Of a stretch of DNA of 64,000 bases, positions 52,731-63,388 are shown piece by piece. The number at the start of each line of letters is the position of its first letter. The stretch's first letter is position 1. The stretch spans positions 160,001 through 224,000 of the forward strand of contig CAVOXA010000022.1 of NCBI GenBank assembly GCA_963700285.1, in the 5' to 3' direction. The notes below the pieces were generated by a model. That model was not told the origin of the DNA and did not search any database. It saw only the letters and a list, made by a program, of their open reading frames with translations. This DNA comes from an uncultured Chloroflexia bacterium. GTDB lineage: Bacteria; Chloroflexota; Anaerolineae; JAAYZQ01. The position numbers and the translations under genes were made by a program.

Positions 52731-55716
52731 TCAGGGTGCTTCCCTCTGCGCCAGGGGCAAGTAGAGCAGGTAGAAGGGCGTGTCCTTGTCGCGGAATTGG
52801 GCGGTGGCGGACTTGTCGGCGTCCATGGTGATGGTGGCCGGGTTGGCACTGCCCGTCGCATCGCCGCTCCACCCCACAAAGACATAGTCGGTTGCAGGCT
52901 GGGCCGTGAGTTGGACCTGGGTGCCGGCCGTATACTTGGTTCCCCCGCAGTTGGGTGCGGGAGCGGCGGCCACGGTGCCGCCCGCAGCCGGTTCGGCGGC
53001 GGTGGCCAGGCTGAAGCAGGTAGGCGGCTCTCCTTCGTACTCGATGTGCAGTTTGGGGGCCAGATCTGGATCCCCGTCATAGCTTACGGCCTCACGCTTT
53101 CCAGACCCGGTGATGATCAGGGCTAGGGCATTGCCCGCACTCCACCCGACACGATCCACTACCTCCTGGATGATGGGCGATAGGTCGGGGCTGCGGTAGG
53201 TGGCGTGGACCTGGGTCCAGCCCGGGACGCCCTGCCACTGGACTGCGGCGGACGTCATCGTCCGCGTGGAGATGTCGTGGTCGGCGCTGCCAAAGGTCGC
53301 CGCGTTATCAACCGCCTGGCCGTGGAAGGTGAGCTGGGTCGTCTTGCCATCGGTATCGGCGGCCGTGAACTCGACGTAGGCGCGCAGGACCTTTTCTCCC
53401 TGGGGGATGGTGATGCCCTGGAAGCGCAGTCCGGCGGTATGCGTGCCGGCGTCGCCGATAAGCTCCAGGGTAGGACTGTCCAGGTCGACGGAGCCGTCGT
53501 CGCTGCGCTCGATGGCGTCGTCGGATGATTGAGCTACCCGCGTATCAAGCGCGAGGGGAGGCGGGTCGCCAAGTCCGGCGAAGCGCAGCACAAAACCATC
53601 CTGGCGGTAGTTAAAGGTCGGATCGTATGCGCCTTCGGTGGTGGGGAAATTGGCGGATTCCGTCCAGCCGCTGACCAGGGCGTCGCCTTCGACGGTCAGC
53701 GCCACTCCGCTGGCATCGTCCTGGGCTTCGCCACCGATATAGGTGCTGTACAGGAGCGAGTCGCCGCTGGCATCCAGCTTGGCCAGGAAGGCGTCGCCTT
53801 CCCCGTTGGGCGTTCGAGTCGAAGGCATCGTCGCTGGTCGGAAAGTTGGTACCGCGGGTGGTACCGGCTACGATGGGATTGTCCGCCGCATCCAGGGCGA
53901 CGACCATGCCGGAATCGATGTCGCTGCCCCCCAGATAGGTGCCCCATTCCAGCGATTTGCCCTCATCTGTCAGCTTTAGGACAAAAACGTCGTCGTTCCC
54001 GTTGGGGGTGGGATCGTAGGCGCCTGCGGTAGTGGGGAAATTGGGCGAGCCGGTCGTGCCGGTGACGACCGGGTCGCCGCTGCCATCGAGGGCCACGCCG
54101 TTGCCATAGTCGTCGGACTTGCCACCCAGGTAGGTGCAATAGAGCAAGGATTCCCCGTTGCCCTCCAGCCTCAGGACAAAGGCGTCCTGCTTGCCCATGT
54201 GGACGGGGCCAAACGCGCCGTTGGTGGTGGGGAAATTCTCCGACGTGGTGTGGCCCGTGACGACGATGTCACCCCCGTCCGCCACGGCCAGCCGCCGGCC
54301 ATGATCCTCCCCGTTGCCGCCGGCGAAAGTGCTGAAGCGCAGTGACTTGCCATCGCTGGAGAGCTTTGTTACAAAAACGTCGCCCAGCCCGCTGTGGAAG
54401 CGATCAAAGGCATTGCTGGAGGTGGGAAAGTTGGTTGAACGGGTCACCCCGGCGATCACCGGCTCGCCCTGGTGCAGCCCAAGGGCGTAGGCAATGTCCT
54501 CGTCCGCGCCGCCCACATAGGTGCTGTAGAGGAGCGAATCGCCGGCCGCGGCTAGTTTCAGTACAAAGGCATCATACTTGCCGCCGCCGAAGGTCTGGTC
54601 ATAGGCCCCAGTGGTGATGGGAAAGTCCGCCGAGTCGGTCGCGCCGGCGAGCACGACGTTGCCGGAGCCGTCGAGGGCGAGCCCATAGCCTACCTCGGTG
54701 GTCTCGCCTCCGATGTAGGTACTGAACAGCAGCGATCCACCGTCGGCCGCCAGCTTGAGCACATAGGCGTCCCAGTCGCCGATGCGGGCTTGTCCGTAGG
54801 CCCCGCTGGTGACCGGAAAATCGCTGGAGGTCGTGGATCCGGTAATGATAGCGTTCCCCTCGTCGTCGACGATCACATAGTGGGCCAGGTCCCGGTTGCT
54901 GCCCCCGAGGTAGGTGCTGTAGCTGAGGGTGGGGTCGAGGACCACCGGGCGCGAGAGGTCGTAGGTGCCCAGCCGATAGCCCAACCGGTTGCCGGCCAGC
55001 AGGTGGTAGGCCGCAGCCACGGGTTCGCGGTCGCCGTCCTCTGCTACCTGCCAGGCCAGGGGTGCCTCCTCCACCAGTTTGCCCCAGGCGGTCTGGATCT
55101 CCAGTTGGCCGGCGTCGTTCACCCGCAGGCCCTCGACGCCGTCGTAGGCCAGGGCAATCGCCTCCACCCTGGCGCCAGGACGCAGGATCAGGTCGTATTT
55201 GAGCTGCCCCCCGGCCCCGTAGTAGCGCAGGTCGGCGCTGGGGTAGAGGTCCTGGTAGAGGATGCTGCCATAGGTGGGCACGTTCCGCTGCCAGCGGGCC
55301 GGGTCGCTGCCCAAGAAATAGTTCGCCTTGCCCGGCAGCAGGTCCTGGCCTTGCACGCGGCCGGCGGCTGAGGCGCCCAGGAAGCGGATCGCGAGGGCCA
55401 GTTGCTCCAAACCCTGACCTTGTGGTGAGGCCGCCGCCTGTGCGCGGCTCAGCACGGCCCGCATGCCCTGGGCCGTGAACCAGAAGGTGGCGCCTCTGCC
55501 CCGGTCACCAGGCAGGCGCGTCACAAACTGAACCGCCTCGTCGAACTGGCCCCGGTTGGCCTCAAAAAAGATGGGGGTGTGCAGCGGGCCGGTAGTCCCT
55601 GCCGCCCTGGCGGCTGGTTCCTGAGCCACGGCTGGAACGGCGGCCAGGGGCACGACGCTGGCCAGCAGGGCCAGGATGATGATGATCTTGGACCAGGCGG
55701 TTCGGTTGTAGATCAT
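52731..55716 (-). CDS. secreted SBBP (beta-propeller) repeat protein; frameshift at about 53815
   Basis: RBS aaggagg; signal peptide; FEANRGQ...NYFLG.DP..W...VPTY N-domain; YSTY.GG...G.T.S.DFP repeats; SSDDA.E domain; InlB-B-like module; ends LYLPLAQREAP. Confidence 0.85.
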
Positions 55717-55892
55717 GGACTCCTCCTTGTCTTCTGATTCTGGAGAGCCAGGAACCTGCCTCCGCGCTCCCCGGATACCAGTATACACCGAAACAGGCAG
55801 TCTGTCCAGGCGAATGAATGGACGTTGTGGGCCGATCGCAAGACAAGATCTGCTCGTGCTGGACCACAGTCCAGCACACCGTGGCGAAAAAA

Positions 55893-55926
55893 AGACCCTT
55901 GGGGTTTTCCGCAACCCCAAGGGTCT
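55893..55926. repeat. AGACC-n-GGTCT palindromic element
   Basis: agacccttggggtt-ttccgc-aaccccaagggtct. Confidence 0.7.
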
Positions 55927-55948
55927 GGTCGGCGCCGCGTCGCTACAC

Positions 55949-58900
55949 TCAGGGACGGTTCCGGAAAGCCAGGGGCAAGTAGATCTGGCTCGAAGTGCCA
56001 AAGTGGGCGGTCAGCAGCTTGTCGCCGTCCATGGGCAGGGTCTCGGGGCTTGCGGTTCCCGTGACATCTCCGCTCCAGTGGTCAAACGCATAGCCCGCGC
56101 TTGGGCTGGCGGTGAGCGTGACCGTGATTCCGTCCGCGTACTCGCCACCGCCGCAGTTGGCAGGCGGATCCAGCAGCACCTGCCCGGCCCCAGGAGGATT
56201 CACGTTGGCGACCAGGCTGTGGCAGGTCGCCTGGATAAAGGTGGCAGTGACCGATTTGTCGCCGTCCATGGTGATGCCGACGGGGTTGACCGTTCCCGAG
56301 GCGTCCCCAGCCCAGCCAAGTAAGACGTGGTCCAGGGCCGGGGCGGCGGTCAGTTGGACGTCGGTGCCCGTGACATACTTGCCCCCGCCACAATTGGGCG
56401 CCGGCAGGACGGTCACGGTACCACTGCCGGGCGGGTTGGCCGTCGTGATGAGCCCGTAGCAGGTTTCTTGGCGAAAGTTGGCCGTGACTGATTTGGCCGC
56501 GTCCACGGTGACTGTTACCGGATTCTCGAGCCCCGTGACAGCGCCGCTCCAACTGGCAAAGACGTGGTCGGGCGCGGGCGTGGCGGTCAGCGTGACCTGG
56601 GTGTTCTCGGCGTACTTGGCCGCCCCGCAGTTGGGCGCTGGCGAAGCGCTCACGCTCCCACTGGCTGCGGGTTCGACCATGGTGGTCAGTGTGTAGCAGG
56701 TCGCCGTCTTGAAGCTGGCTGTGACCGTTTTGTCACCGTCCATGCTGATGGTGGTGGGACTGGCGTTGCCGCTGGCATCCCCGCTCCAACTGGCCAGGGT
56801 ATAGCCCTCGGCCGGGACCGCTGTCAGTTGGACTTGGGTGCCGGCGGTATACAGCCCGCCGCGGCAATTAGGCTCAGGTACGGCGGCCACCGATCCGGCG
56901 GCAGGCGGGCTGGCGCTGGCATCGAGATGGTAGCAGCGGTCGCCGTAGGCCACTCGCAGGCGGGGCGCCAGTGTCTCGTTGCCCTCGCTGGCGGCACCAT
57001 CGTAGGAGACCGCCGCGCGCGAGCCTGAACCAGTGATGATAAAGGCCAGTGGATTGCCCGAACTCCAGCCGTTGCGATCTACGATCTCTTGGACGACGGC
57101 CGAGAGATCGGGTGTCTGGTAGGTCTCACCGACCTCCTCCCAGGCTGGCACAGGACGCCAGTCGACAAAGGCCGTGGTCGTCGTCCGCGTTGAGATATCG
57201 TTGGCGGCGACGGCAAAGGTGGGGGCCGCATCGATGTCCTGGCCGTGGAAGGTGAGCGCGGCCGCCTTCCTTTCAGTTTCGTACGCGGTAAAGTCGATGG
57301 TGGCGTCGAGGATGGTAGAAGCCCGCGGAATGGTGATACCCTGGAAGCGCAGCCCGACGGTCTGGGCGCCGCCGCGGCGGACCAGCTTGAGGTCTAGGTT
57401 GTCGAGGTAAACCGTTCCGGTGTCGTCATTCTCCTCCGCATCGTCGGAGGATTGGGTCACGGCAACGTCGATGGTGCCCTTGGGCAGGCTGCCCAGCCCA
57501 TCCAGGCGCAGCACAAAGGCGTCCTGTGCGCCGTTGTAGACCGGGTCGTAGGCGCCGACGGTCGTTGGAAAGTTGGACGACTGGGTCCGGCCGGCGACAA
57601 TGGCGTCGCCCCCAGAGGACAGGGCCAGCCCCTGGGCTTCGTCCAGCATGCTGCCCCCGGCAAAGGTGGCATAGATCAGCGACTTGCCGTCTGCCGCCAG
57701 CTTGAACAGCACCGCGTCGGCCTCGCCATTGTGGGCCGGGTCGTAGGCGTCAGCGCTGGTAGGAAAGTTGGACGAGCGGCTGTAGCCGGCGACGACGGGA
57801 TTGCCGACAAAGTCCACGATTACGGCCCTGCCGGCGTCCGCGCTGGCGCCACCGACAAAGGTACTGAACTCAAGCACCGTGCCATCTTTATCGAGTTTGG
57901 TGACAAAGGCATCCTCACCCCCGTTGTGGGCTACGTCATAGGCGCCGGCGCTGGTGGCAAAGTCCGCGGAGGCGGTTTTGCCGGTCACGAAGGGGTTTTC
58001 GTGGCGATCCTGCGCCACTCCCTGGCCGCTGTCGTTGCCCGTGCCGCCCAGGTAGGTACTAAAGCGCAGCGAAGTGCCCTTGGAGGAGAGCCGCAAGACA
58101 AAGGCGTCCTGACCTCCGTTCAGGTTGCGGTCCGGAACGCCGCTGGTCGTGGGAAAGTCGGTGGAATAGGTATAGCCCGTGACCAGGACACTGCCTGCCT
58201 CGTCCACCGTCAGCGCCTGGCCTGCGTCCACGTCCGTGCCGCCGACCAGCGTGCTGTAGCGCAAGGAGGTGGCGTCGGCCTGCAGCCGGGTGACAAAGAC
58301 GTCTTGGGCGCCGCCGTGGTTCCGCTGGTAGGCGTCCCCGGATGTGGGAAAGTCCTTCGAACTGGTGACGCCCGTAACCACCGGCTGGTCCTCGGGAAAG
58401 TCCTGAGCAACCTCCACGGCGTAGGCGATATCCTCCTTGTCGCCGCCCAGGTAGGTGCTGAACAGCAGCGAGGCGCCGTCGGCCGATAGCGTCGTGACAA
58501 AGGCGTCGCTCGCGCCGCCGTTGTAGTTGATACTATCGGCGGTGGCTGTGGTCGGAAAGTTGGCAGACGCGGTAGAACCAGTGACCACGATGTTGCCCGA
58601 GCTGTTCAGGTCCAGCCCATAGCCTGTCTCATCGCCCGCGCCGCCCAGAAAGGTGCTGAACAGCAGCGAGCCGCCGTCCGCGGCCAGTTTGAGGACATAG
58701 ACGTCCTGGCCACCGCTGTGGGTCGGGCTGTAGACCCCCGTCGTGGTCGGGAAATTGACGGAACTTGTGGCGCCTGTGACCAGCGCGTTGCCCGCGCTGT
58801 CCAGGACGACGTCCTGGGCGCTGTCGGCGTTGCTGCCGCCCACAAAGGTGCTGTAGCGCAGCGTCGGATCAATGATCAGGGTGCGCGCAGGGTCATAGGC

Positions 58901-59614
58901 GCCGAGTCGAAAGCCCACCCGGGAACCCGGGCCCAGGACATAGCGCACGGCCACAGGAGCGCGCTCGCCGGCAGGCTCCTCTTGCCAGGCACGGGGCGTT
59001 TCCTCCACCAGCTTGCCCCAGGCGGTTTGGATCTCCAGTTGGCCCGCCGCGTTGACCCGCAGCCCGTCGGCGCCCGCGTAGGCCAGGGCGACGCGTTCCA
59101 CCTCCGCGCCGGGGCGCAGGACGAGGTCGTATTTGAGCCGTCCCTCCGCGCTGTGGTAGCGCAGGTCGGTCTGGGGATAGAGATCGTGATAGACGAGGCT
59201 GGCATAGGAGGGCACACCCTGTTGCCAGTGGCCGGGGTCATTGCCCAACAGGTAGTTGCTCCTGCCCGGCAGCAGGCTCTCTCCTTCCAGCCGGACTTCC
59301 GGCGAGGCGCCCAGAAAGCGTACCTTGAGGGCCAGTTGTTCGGGGCTGCCGGATCCCTGCCGGGAGAGGACCGCCGCCATCTCCTGGGCGGAGAAAAAAT
59401 AAGTGGCGCCGCCCGGGACGCGGGCGACAAACTGTGCCGGCGCGTCAACTTGGCCCTGGTTGGCCTCAAAGGCCACCGGGATCTGGATGGGCTGAGATCC
59501 GCCGGCGGCGATCTGCGGCTGGGCCGCTGCTGCGCCGGCCGGGACGGGGATGAGCGTGGCCAGCAGGACAAGGGTTGCCAGGAGGGTGAACCATGGAGCG
59601 CGACTGTGAGTCAT
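55949..59614 (-). CDS. secreted SBBP repeat protein, tandem paralog, with four InlB-B-like modules
   Basis: RBS aaggag plus ATG 59614; same architecture as 52731-55716; ends IYLPLAFRNRP. Confidence 0.9.
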   Translation of the reverse strand: MTHSRAPWFTLLATLVLLATLIPVPAGAAAAQPQIAAGGSQPIQIPVAFEANQGQVDAPAQFVARVPGGATYFFSAQEMAAVLSRQGSGSPEQLALKVRFLGASPEVRLEGESLLPGRSNYLLGNDPGHWQQGVPSYASLVYHDLYPQTDLRYHSAEGRLKYDLVLRPGAEVERVALAYAGADGLRVNAAGQLEIQTAWGKLVEETPRAWQEEPAGERAPVAVRYVLGPGSRVGFRLGAYDPARTLIIDPTLRYSTFVGGSNADSAQDVVLDSAGNALVTGATSSVNFPTTTGVYSPTHSGGQDVYVLKLAADGGSLLFSTFLGGAGDETGYGLDLNSSGNIVVTGSTASANFPTTATADSINYNGGASDAFVTTLSADGASLLFSTYLGGDKEDIAYAVEVAQDFPEDQPVVTGVTSSKDFPTSGDAYQRNHGGAQDVFVTRLQADATSLRYSTLVGGTDVDAGQALTVDEAGSVLVTGYTYSTDFPTTSGVPDRNLNGGQDAFVLRLSSKGTSLRFSTYLGGTGNDSGQGVAQDRHENPFVTGKTASADFATSAGAYDVAHNGGEDAFVTKLDKDGTVLEFSTFVGGASADAGRAVIVDFVGNPVVAGYSRSSNFPTSADAYDPAHNGEADAVLFKLAADGKSLIYATFAGGSMLDEAQGLALSSGGDAIVAGRTQSSNFPTTVGAYDPVYNGAQDAFVLRLDGLGSLPKGTIDVAVTQSSDDAEENDDTGTVYLDNLDLKLVRRGGAQTVGLRFQGITIPRASTILDATIDFTAYETERKAAALTFHGQDIDAAPTFAVAANDISTRTTTTAFVDWRPVPAWEEVGETYQTPDLSAVVQEIVDRNGWSSGNPLAFIITGSGSRAAVSYDGAASEGNETLAPRLRVAYGDRCYHLDASASPPAAGSVAAVPEPNCRGGLYTAGTQVQLTAVPAEGYTLASWSGDASGNASPTTISMDGDKTVTASFKTATCYTLTTMVEPAASGSVSASPAPNCGAAKYAENTQVTLTATPAPDHVFASWSGAVTGLENPVTVTVDAAKSVTANFRQETCYGLITTANPPGSGTVTVLPAPNCGGGKYVTGTDVQLTAAPALDHVLLGWAGDASGTVNPVGITMDGDKSVTATFIQATCHSLVANVNPPGAGQVLLDPPANCGGGEYADGITVTLTASPSAGYAFDHWSGDVTGTASPETLPMDGDKLLTAHFGTSSQIYLPLAFRNRP

Positions 59615-59827
59615 CGTCTTCTCCTTTTCTGCCTGGCGGTATGGCCAGGCGCATCCACAAATCTGCACAGAGAGGTGATGCGGGAGCGCAGCCCAGAGGC
59701 TGGTGGGAGATGTGGTGGAATGTGCATTCTGCTTGGGGTAGGAGCCGGCAGCCTTGCCGCCTCCGCAGTCGCTTTGCCTCAACGTCTCCAGTATACCATA
59801 GATCTGCCCCAGAGGCAAAGCTGCTCA

Positions 59828-59862
59828 AGACCTCAGGGGTTGCGGCCAGACTCCCGAGGTCT
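59828..59862. repeat. AGACC-n-GGTCT palindromic element
   Basis: agacctcaggggtt-gcggcc-agactcccgaggtct. Confidence 0.6.
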
Positions 59863-60000
59863 GAATGCAGCGCCGATCATCTATCGAGATCCTGGGGCTT
59901 CTCCGTTGGAGCCGTACCCTCGTCGGACCTGGCCGCCTCGATGAACCACCTTCAAACGATGGCGTGTTGGCCACTCGTCAGCGCCAGGCGGGTTTTGTTC

Positions 60001-60744
60001 CTAGGGCACACCCCAGACCAGGGGCAGATAGATGGCGCTGGTCTCAACGGGGACAAAATGGGCGACGAAGCTGCGATCCCGGTCCATGACCAGGGTAATG
60101 GGATTCGTGTTCCCCCTGACCTGCCCGCCCCAATGGCTGAAACGGTAGCCAAAGGCAGGGACAGCCTTGATCACGACCTGGGTGCCGGGCGCATGCCGGC
60201 CGGGGCTGGGGTCCTCCATGCAGGAAAAGGCCGGGTCTGCGCCCACCGAGCCGCCTTCGGGCGGGCTGGTATCCGTGTTCAGGGTGAAACATGGCACCGC
60301 GGTGGGATTCGTCGAGCCCGCCATGACCACCTGATGCAGATCGAGGTCGGCCTGCCACACAAAATCGGGAGTGGCCGTGGCCGCGTGGCCCGCCATGCGA
60401 AAGAGGACGGTCTCCCCAGCGCGCACGCCGGGAATCGTGGGCGTAACCGTCGCATCCTCACCATAGATGAACATCGTGCCAAAGTGGCCGGCGGTGGTCA
60501 CCTCAGTGCAGCCCACAACATCTCCGCGAAGGCTGATCGCCTCAATGACTGTGCCCACCGGTGCGTCCGTTCCGTCCAATAGGGCGCGGCCATAGGCCAG
60601 GCTGAAGGATGGGGTCCGAGCGACGGTAGGGCAGCCTGCGGCCCCCTGGGCTGGGGAGAACGCCCGGCTGCCCGGCCCGGTGGCACCAAGGAGGGCTGCC
60701 AGGCAGAGCAGGGTCGTGATGGTGAGTCGATGGGGTTTTTTCAA
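60001..60744 (-). CDS. secreted protein, GCP..TP.F..AYG domain plus InlB-B-like module
   Basis: Signal peptide; TTG start overlaps the upstream stop; ends IYLPLVWGVP. Confidence 0.75.
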   Translation of the reverse strand: MKKPHRLTITTLLCLAALLGATGPGSRAFSPAQGAAGCPTVARTPSFSLAYGRALLDGTDAPVGTVIEAISLRGDVVGCTEVTTAGHFGTMFIYGEDATVTPTIPGVRAGETVLFRMAGHAATATPDFVWQADLDLHQVVMAGSTNPTAVPCFTLNTDTSPPEGGSVGADPAFSCMEDPSPGRHAPGTQVVIKAVPAFGYRFSHWGGQVRGNTNPITLVMDRDRSFVAHFVPVETSAIYLPLVWGVP

Positions 60745-62761
60745 GGTCCCCCCCGTATCAGAGGCAGGAATGCCGAATTGCCTCGCTGGAAATGGGCAAC
60801 CACCGACCGGTCCCGATCCATGACAAGCGTGATGGGATTGGCGCTGCCTGTGGCGTCCCCGCTCCAGTGCTCAAAGACGTAGCCCAGCCCCGGGTTGGCC
60901 GTGATCTGCACCTGGGTCCCGGCTGCGTACTTGCTGGGGTCGCCTCCGCAGTTGGGCGCGATGTCCGTCTGGACCGAGCCGCTGCCGGCCGGACTGACAC
61001 TGACACTCAGGGCGAAGCATTGCTGAAAGCTGGCCGTGACCGAGCGGTCCTGGTCCATGGTGACGGTGGTGGGGTTGCTGTTGCCGCTGGCATCTCCGGT
61101 CCACAAAGCAAAGCTGTAGCTCTGAGTGGCGTTGGCCGTGAGCTGGACCTGGGTCCCGGCGGCGTATTTGGACGGGTCGCCGCTGCAATTGGGCGCGACA
61201 TTGACCTCGACCGAGCCGCCGGCGGTAGGGCTGGCCATGCTGCTCAGGGTGTAGCACTGCCGGCTGAAATTGGCTGTGACCGAGCGGTCCTGGTCCATGG
61301 TGACGGTGGTGGGGTTGTTGCTGCCGCTGGCGCCGCCGCTCCACTGGTCAAAGGCGTAGCCCTGGTTGGGACTGGCCGTAAGCTGGACCTGCGTCCCGAC
61401 CACGTACTTGGACGGGTCGCCGCTGCAATTGGGCGCGACATTGACCTCGACCGAGCCGCCGGCGGTAGGGCTGGCGCCGATGCTCAGGGTATAGCACTGC
61501 TGGCTGAAATTGGCCGTGACCGAGCGGTCCTGGTCCATGGTGACGGTGGTGGGGTTGCTGTTGCCGCTGGCATCTGCCGGTCCACAAAGCAAAGCTGTAG
61601 CTCTGAGTTGGGGTTGGCCGTGAGCTGGACCTGGGTCCCGGCGGCGTATTTGGACGGGTCGCCGCTGCAATTGGGCGCGACATTGACCTCGACCGAGCCG
61701 CCCGCGGCGGGGCTGGCGCCGATGCTCAGGGTATAGCACTGCTGGCTGAAATTGGCCGTGACCGAGCGGTCCTGGTCCATGGTGACGGTGGTGGGGTTGC
61801 TGTTGCCGCTGGCATCTCCGGTCCACAAAGCAAAGCTGTAGCTCTGAGTGGGGTTGGCCGTGAGCTGGACCTGGGTCCCGGCGGCGTATTTGGACGGGTC
61901 GCCGCTGCAATTGGGCGCGACATTGACCTCGACCGAGCCGCCGGCGGCGGGGCTGGCGCCGATGCTCAGGGTATAGCACTGCTGGCTGAAATTGGCCGTG
62001 ACCGAGCGGTCCTGGTCCATGGTGACGGTGGTGGGGTTGTTGCCGCCGCTGGCGCCGCCGCTCCACTGGTCAAAGGCGTAGCCCTGGCTGGGATTGGCCG
62101 TGAGCTGGATCTGGGTCCCGGCCGCGTACTTGGTCAAGTCCCCGGTGCAGTTGGGCTCCGTACCGGCATCGACCGAGCCGCCCGCGGCGGGGCTGGCGCT
62201 GGTACTCAGGCTGTAGCATACCTCAGCGGGACCGGCCGACAGGGCTGCCTCGTGGTACTGCTGGTCGCTGGTCCAGACAAGCGCGGGCGACACGGCTGCC
62301 GCATCGCCGCCGAGGCGAAAGGCGACGGGCTCTCCCGGACGCATACCCGCGATGGGCGGCCGGGCCGTTGTGTCCTCGCCAAAGACAAACATGGCGCCAT
62401 AGTGTCCCGCGGTCGTCACTCTAATGCAGCCGGCTATGATCCCCCGGGGGCTGAGGGCCTGTACCACGGCGCCCTCTGGCGCATCCTGGCCGCCCACGCG
62501 GGCGATGCCGTAGGCAATCGTGAAATGAGGGGTGGGCGGCACCTGCGGGCAACCGGCGTCGGCCTTCTGGCTGCCGCCGTTCTCGTTGGCCGCGCCGCTG
62601 GCGCCAGATGGCGCGAGCAGGCAGATGCCCGTCCCGGCCACGATGATCAGGAGAACGATGGGGACCCAGCGCAGCGCCTGGGGTCTCCGGTACCCGCCCG
62701 ATATCCAGCCTGCGCCCAGCCGTCCCCCGCCTTGCCCCACTGTATTTCCCCTCCGAGTCAT
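60741..62761 (-). CDS. secreted protein with six 80-aa InlB-B-like tandem repeats; two extra bases at about 61578 and 61610
   Basis: TM/signal segment; same N-domain as 60001-60744; 240-bp near-identical repeats; ends AFLPLIRGGP. Confidence 0.8.
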
Positions 62762-62763
62762 GG

Positions 62764-63310
62764 CTATGGCGAGTTGGCCGTGATCTGCACCTGGGTCCCG
62801 GCCGCGTACTTGGTCAAGTCCCCGGTGCAGTTGGGTTCCGTACCGGCATCGACCGAGCCGCCCGCGGCGGGGTTGGCGCTGGTACTCAGGCTGTAGCATA
62901 CCTCGGCGGGACTGGCCGACAGGGCCGCCTCGTGGTACTGCTGGTCGCTGGTCCAGACAAGTGCGGGCGACACGGCTGCCGCATCGCCGCTGAGGCGAAA
63001 GGCGACGGGCTCTCCCGGACGCATACCCGCGATGGGCGGCCGGGCCGTGGTGTCCTCGCCAAAGACAAACATGGCGCCATCGTGTCCCGCGGTCGTCACT
63101 CTAATGCAGTCGGCTATGATCCCCCGAGGCTGAGGTCCTGGCCCTACCTGAAATGTCGGCCCGCTCGTCGCCAAAGGCTGCCGCGTCGTCCACGGCCTGT
63201 CCGTGAAAGCTCAGGTCTGTGTCCCCGCTGTGGTCCTCGTCGGCGGCGAGCTCGATGGCCGCCCCGGTGATGCTAGCTCCCCTGGGGGATGAAAGTCTGC
63301 GAAGTGCAGT
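62764..63310 (-). pseudogene. chimeric gene fragment (SSDDA-domain piece joined to a duplicate of 62095-62461)
   Basis: 62775-63140 nearly copies 62095-62461 (offset 680). 63140-63300 encodes LSFHGQAVDDAAAFG...DISGR, similar to LTFHGQAVDNAATFG...DISTR in the SBBP gene. Confidence 0.7.
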
Positions 63311-63388
63311 CAGACGAACTGGCAGAACGGAACTGCACCCCACCAGTATACCATAGGCCTGCCCCTGTGGCAAAGGGGGCAGGTCTGG

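Noticed and set aside
266-59944. Long antisense or alternate-frame ORFs (e.g. 266-1045, 10995-12773, 19953-21149, 29695-31353, 58718-59944)
   Set aside because: Shadow ORFs typical of high-GC coding DNA, overlapping well-supported genes.
62095-63140. Diversity-generating retroelement TR/VR pair
   Set aside because: Differences between the copies are not adenine-specific and no reverse transcriptase is present in the window.
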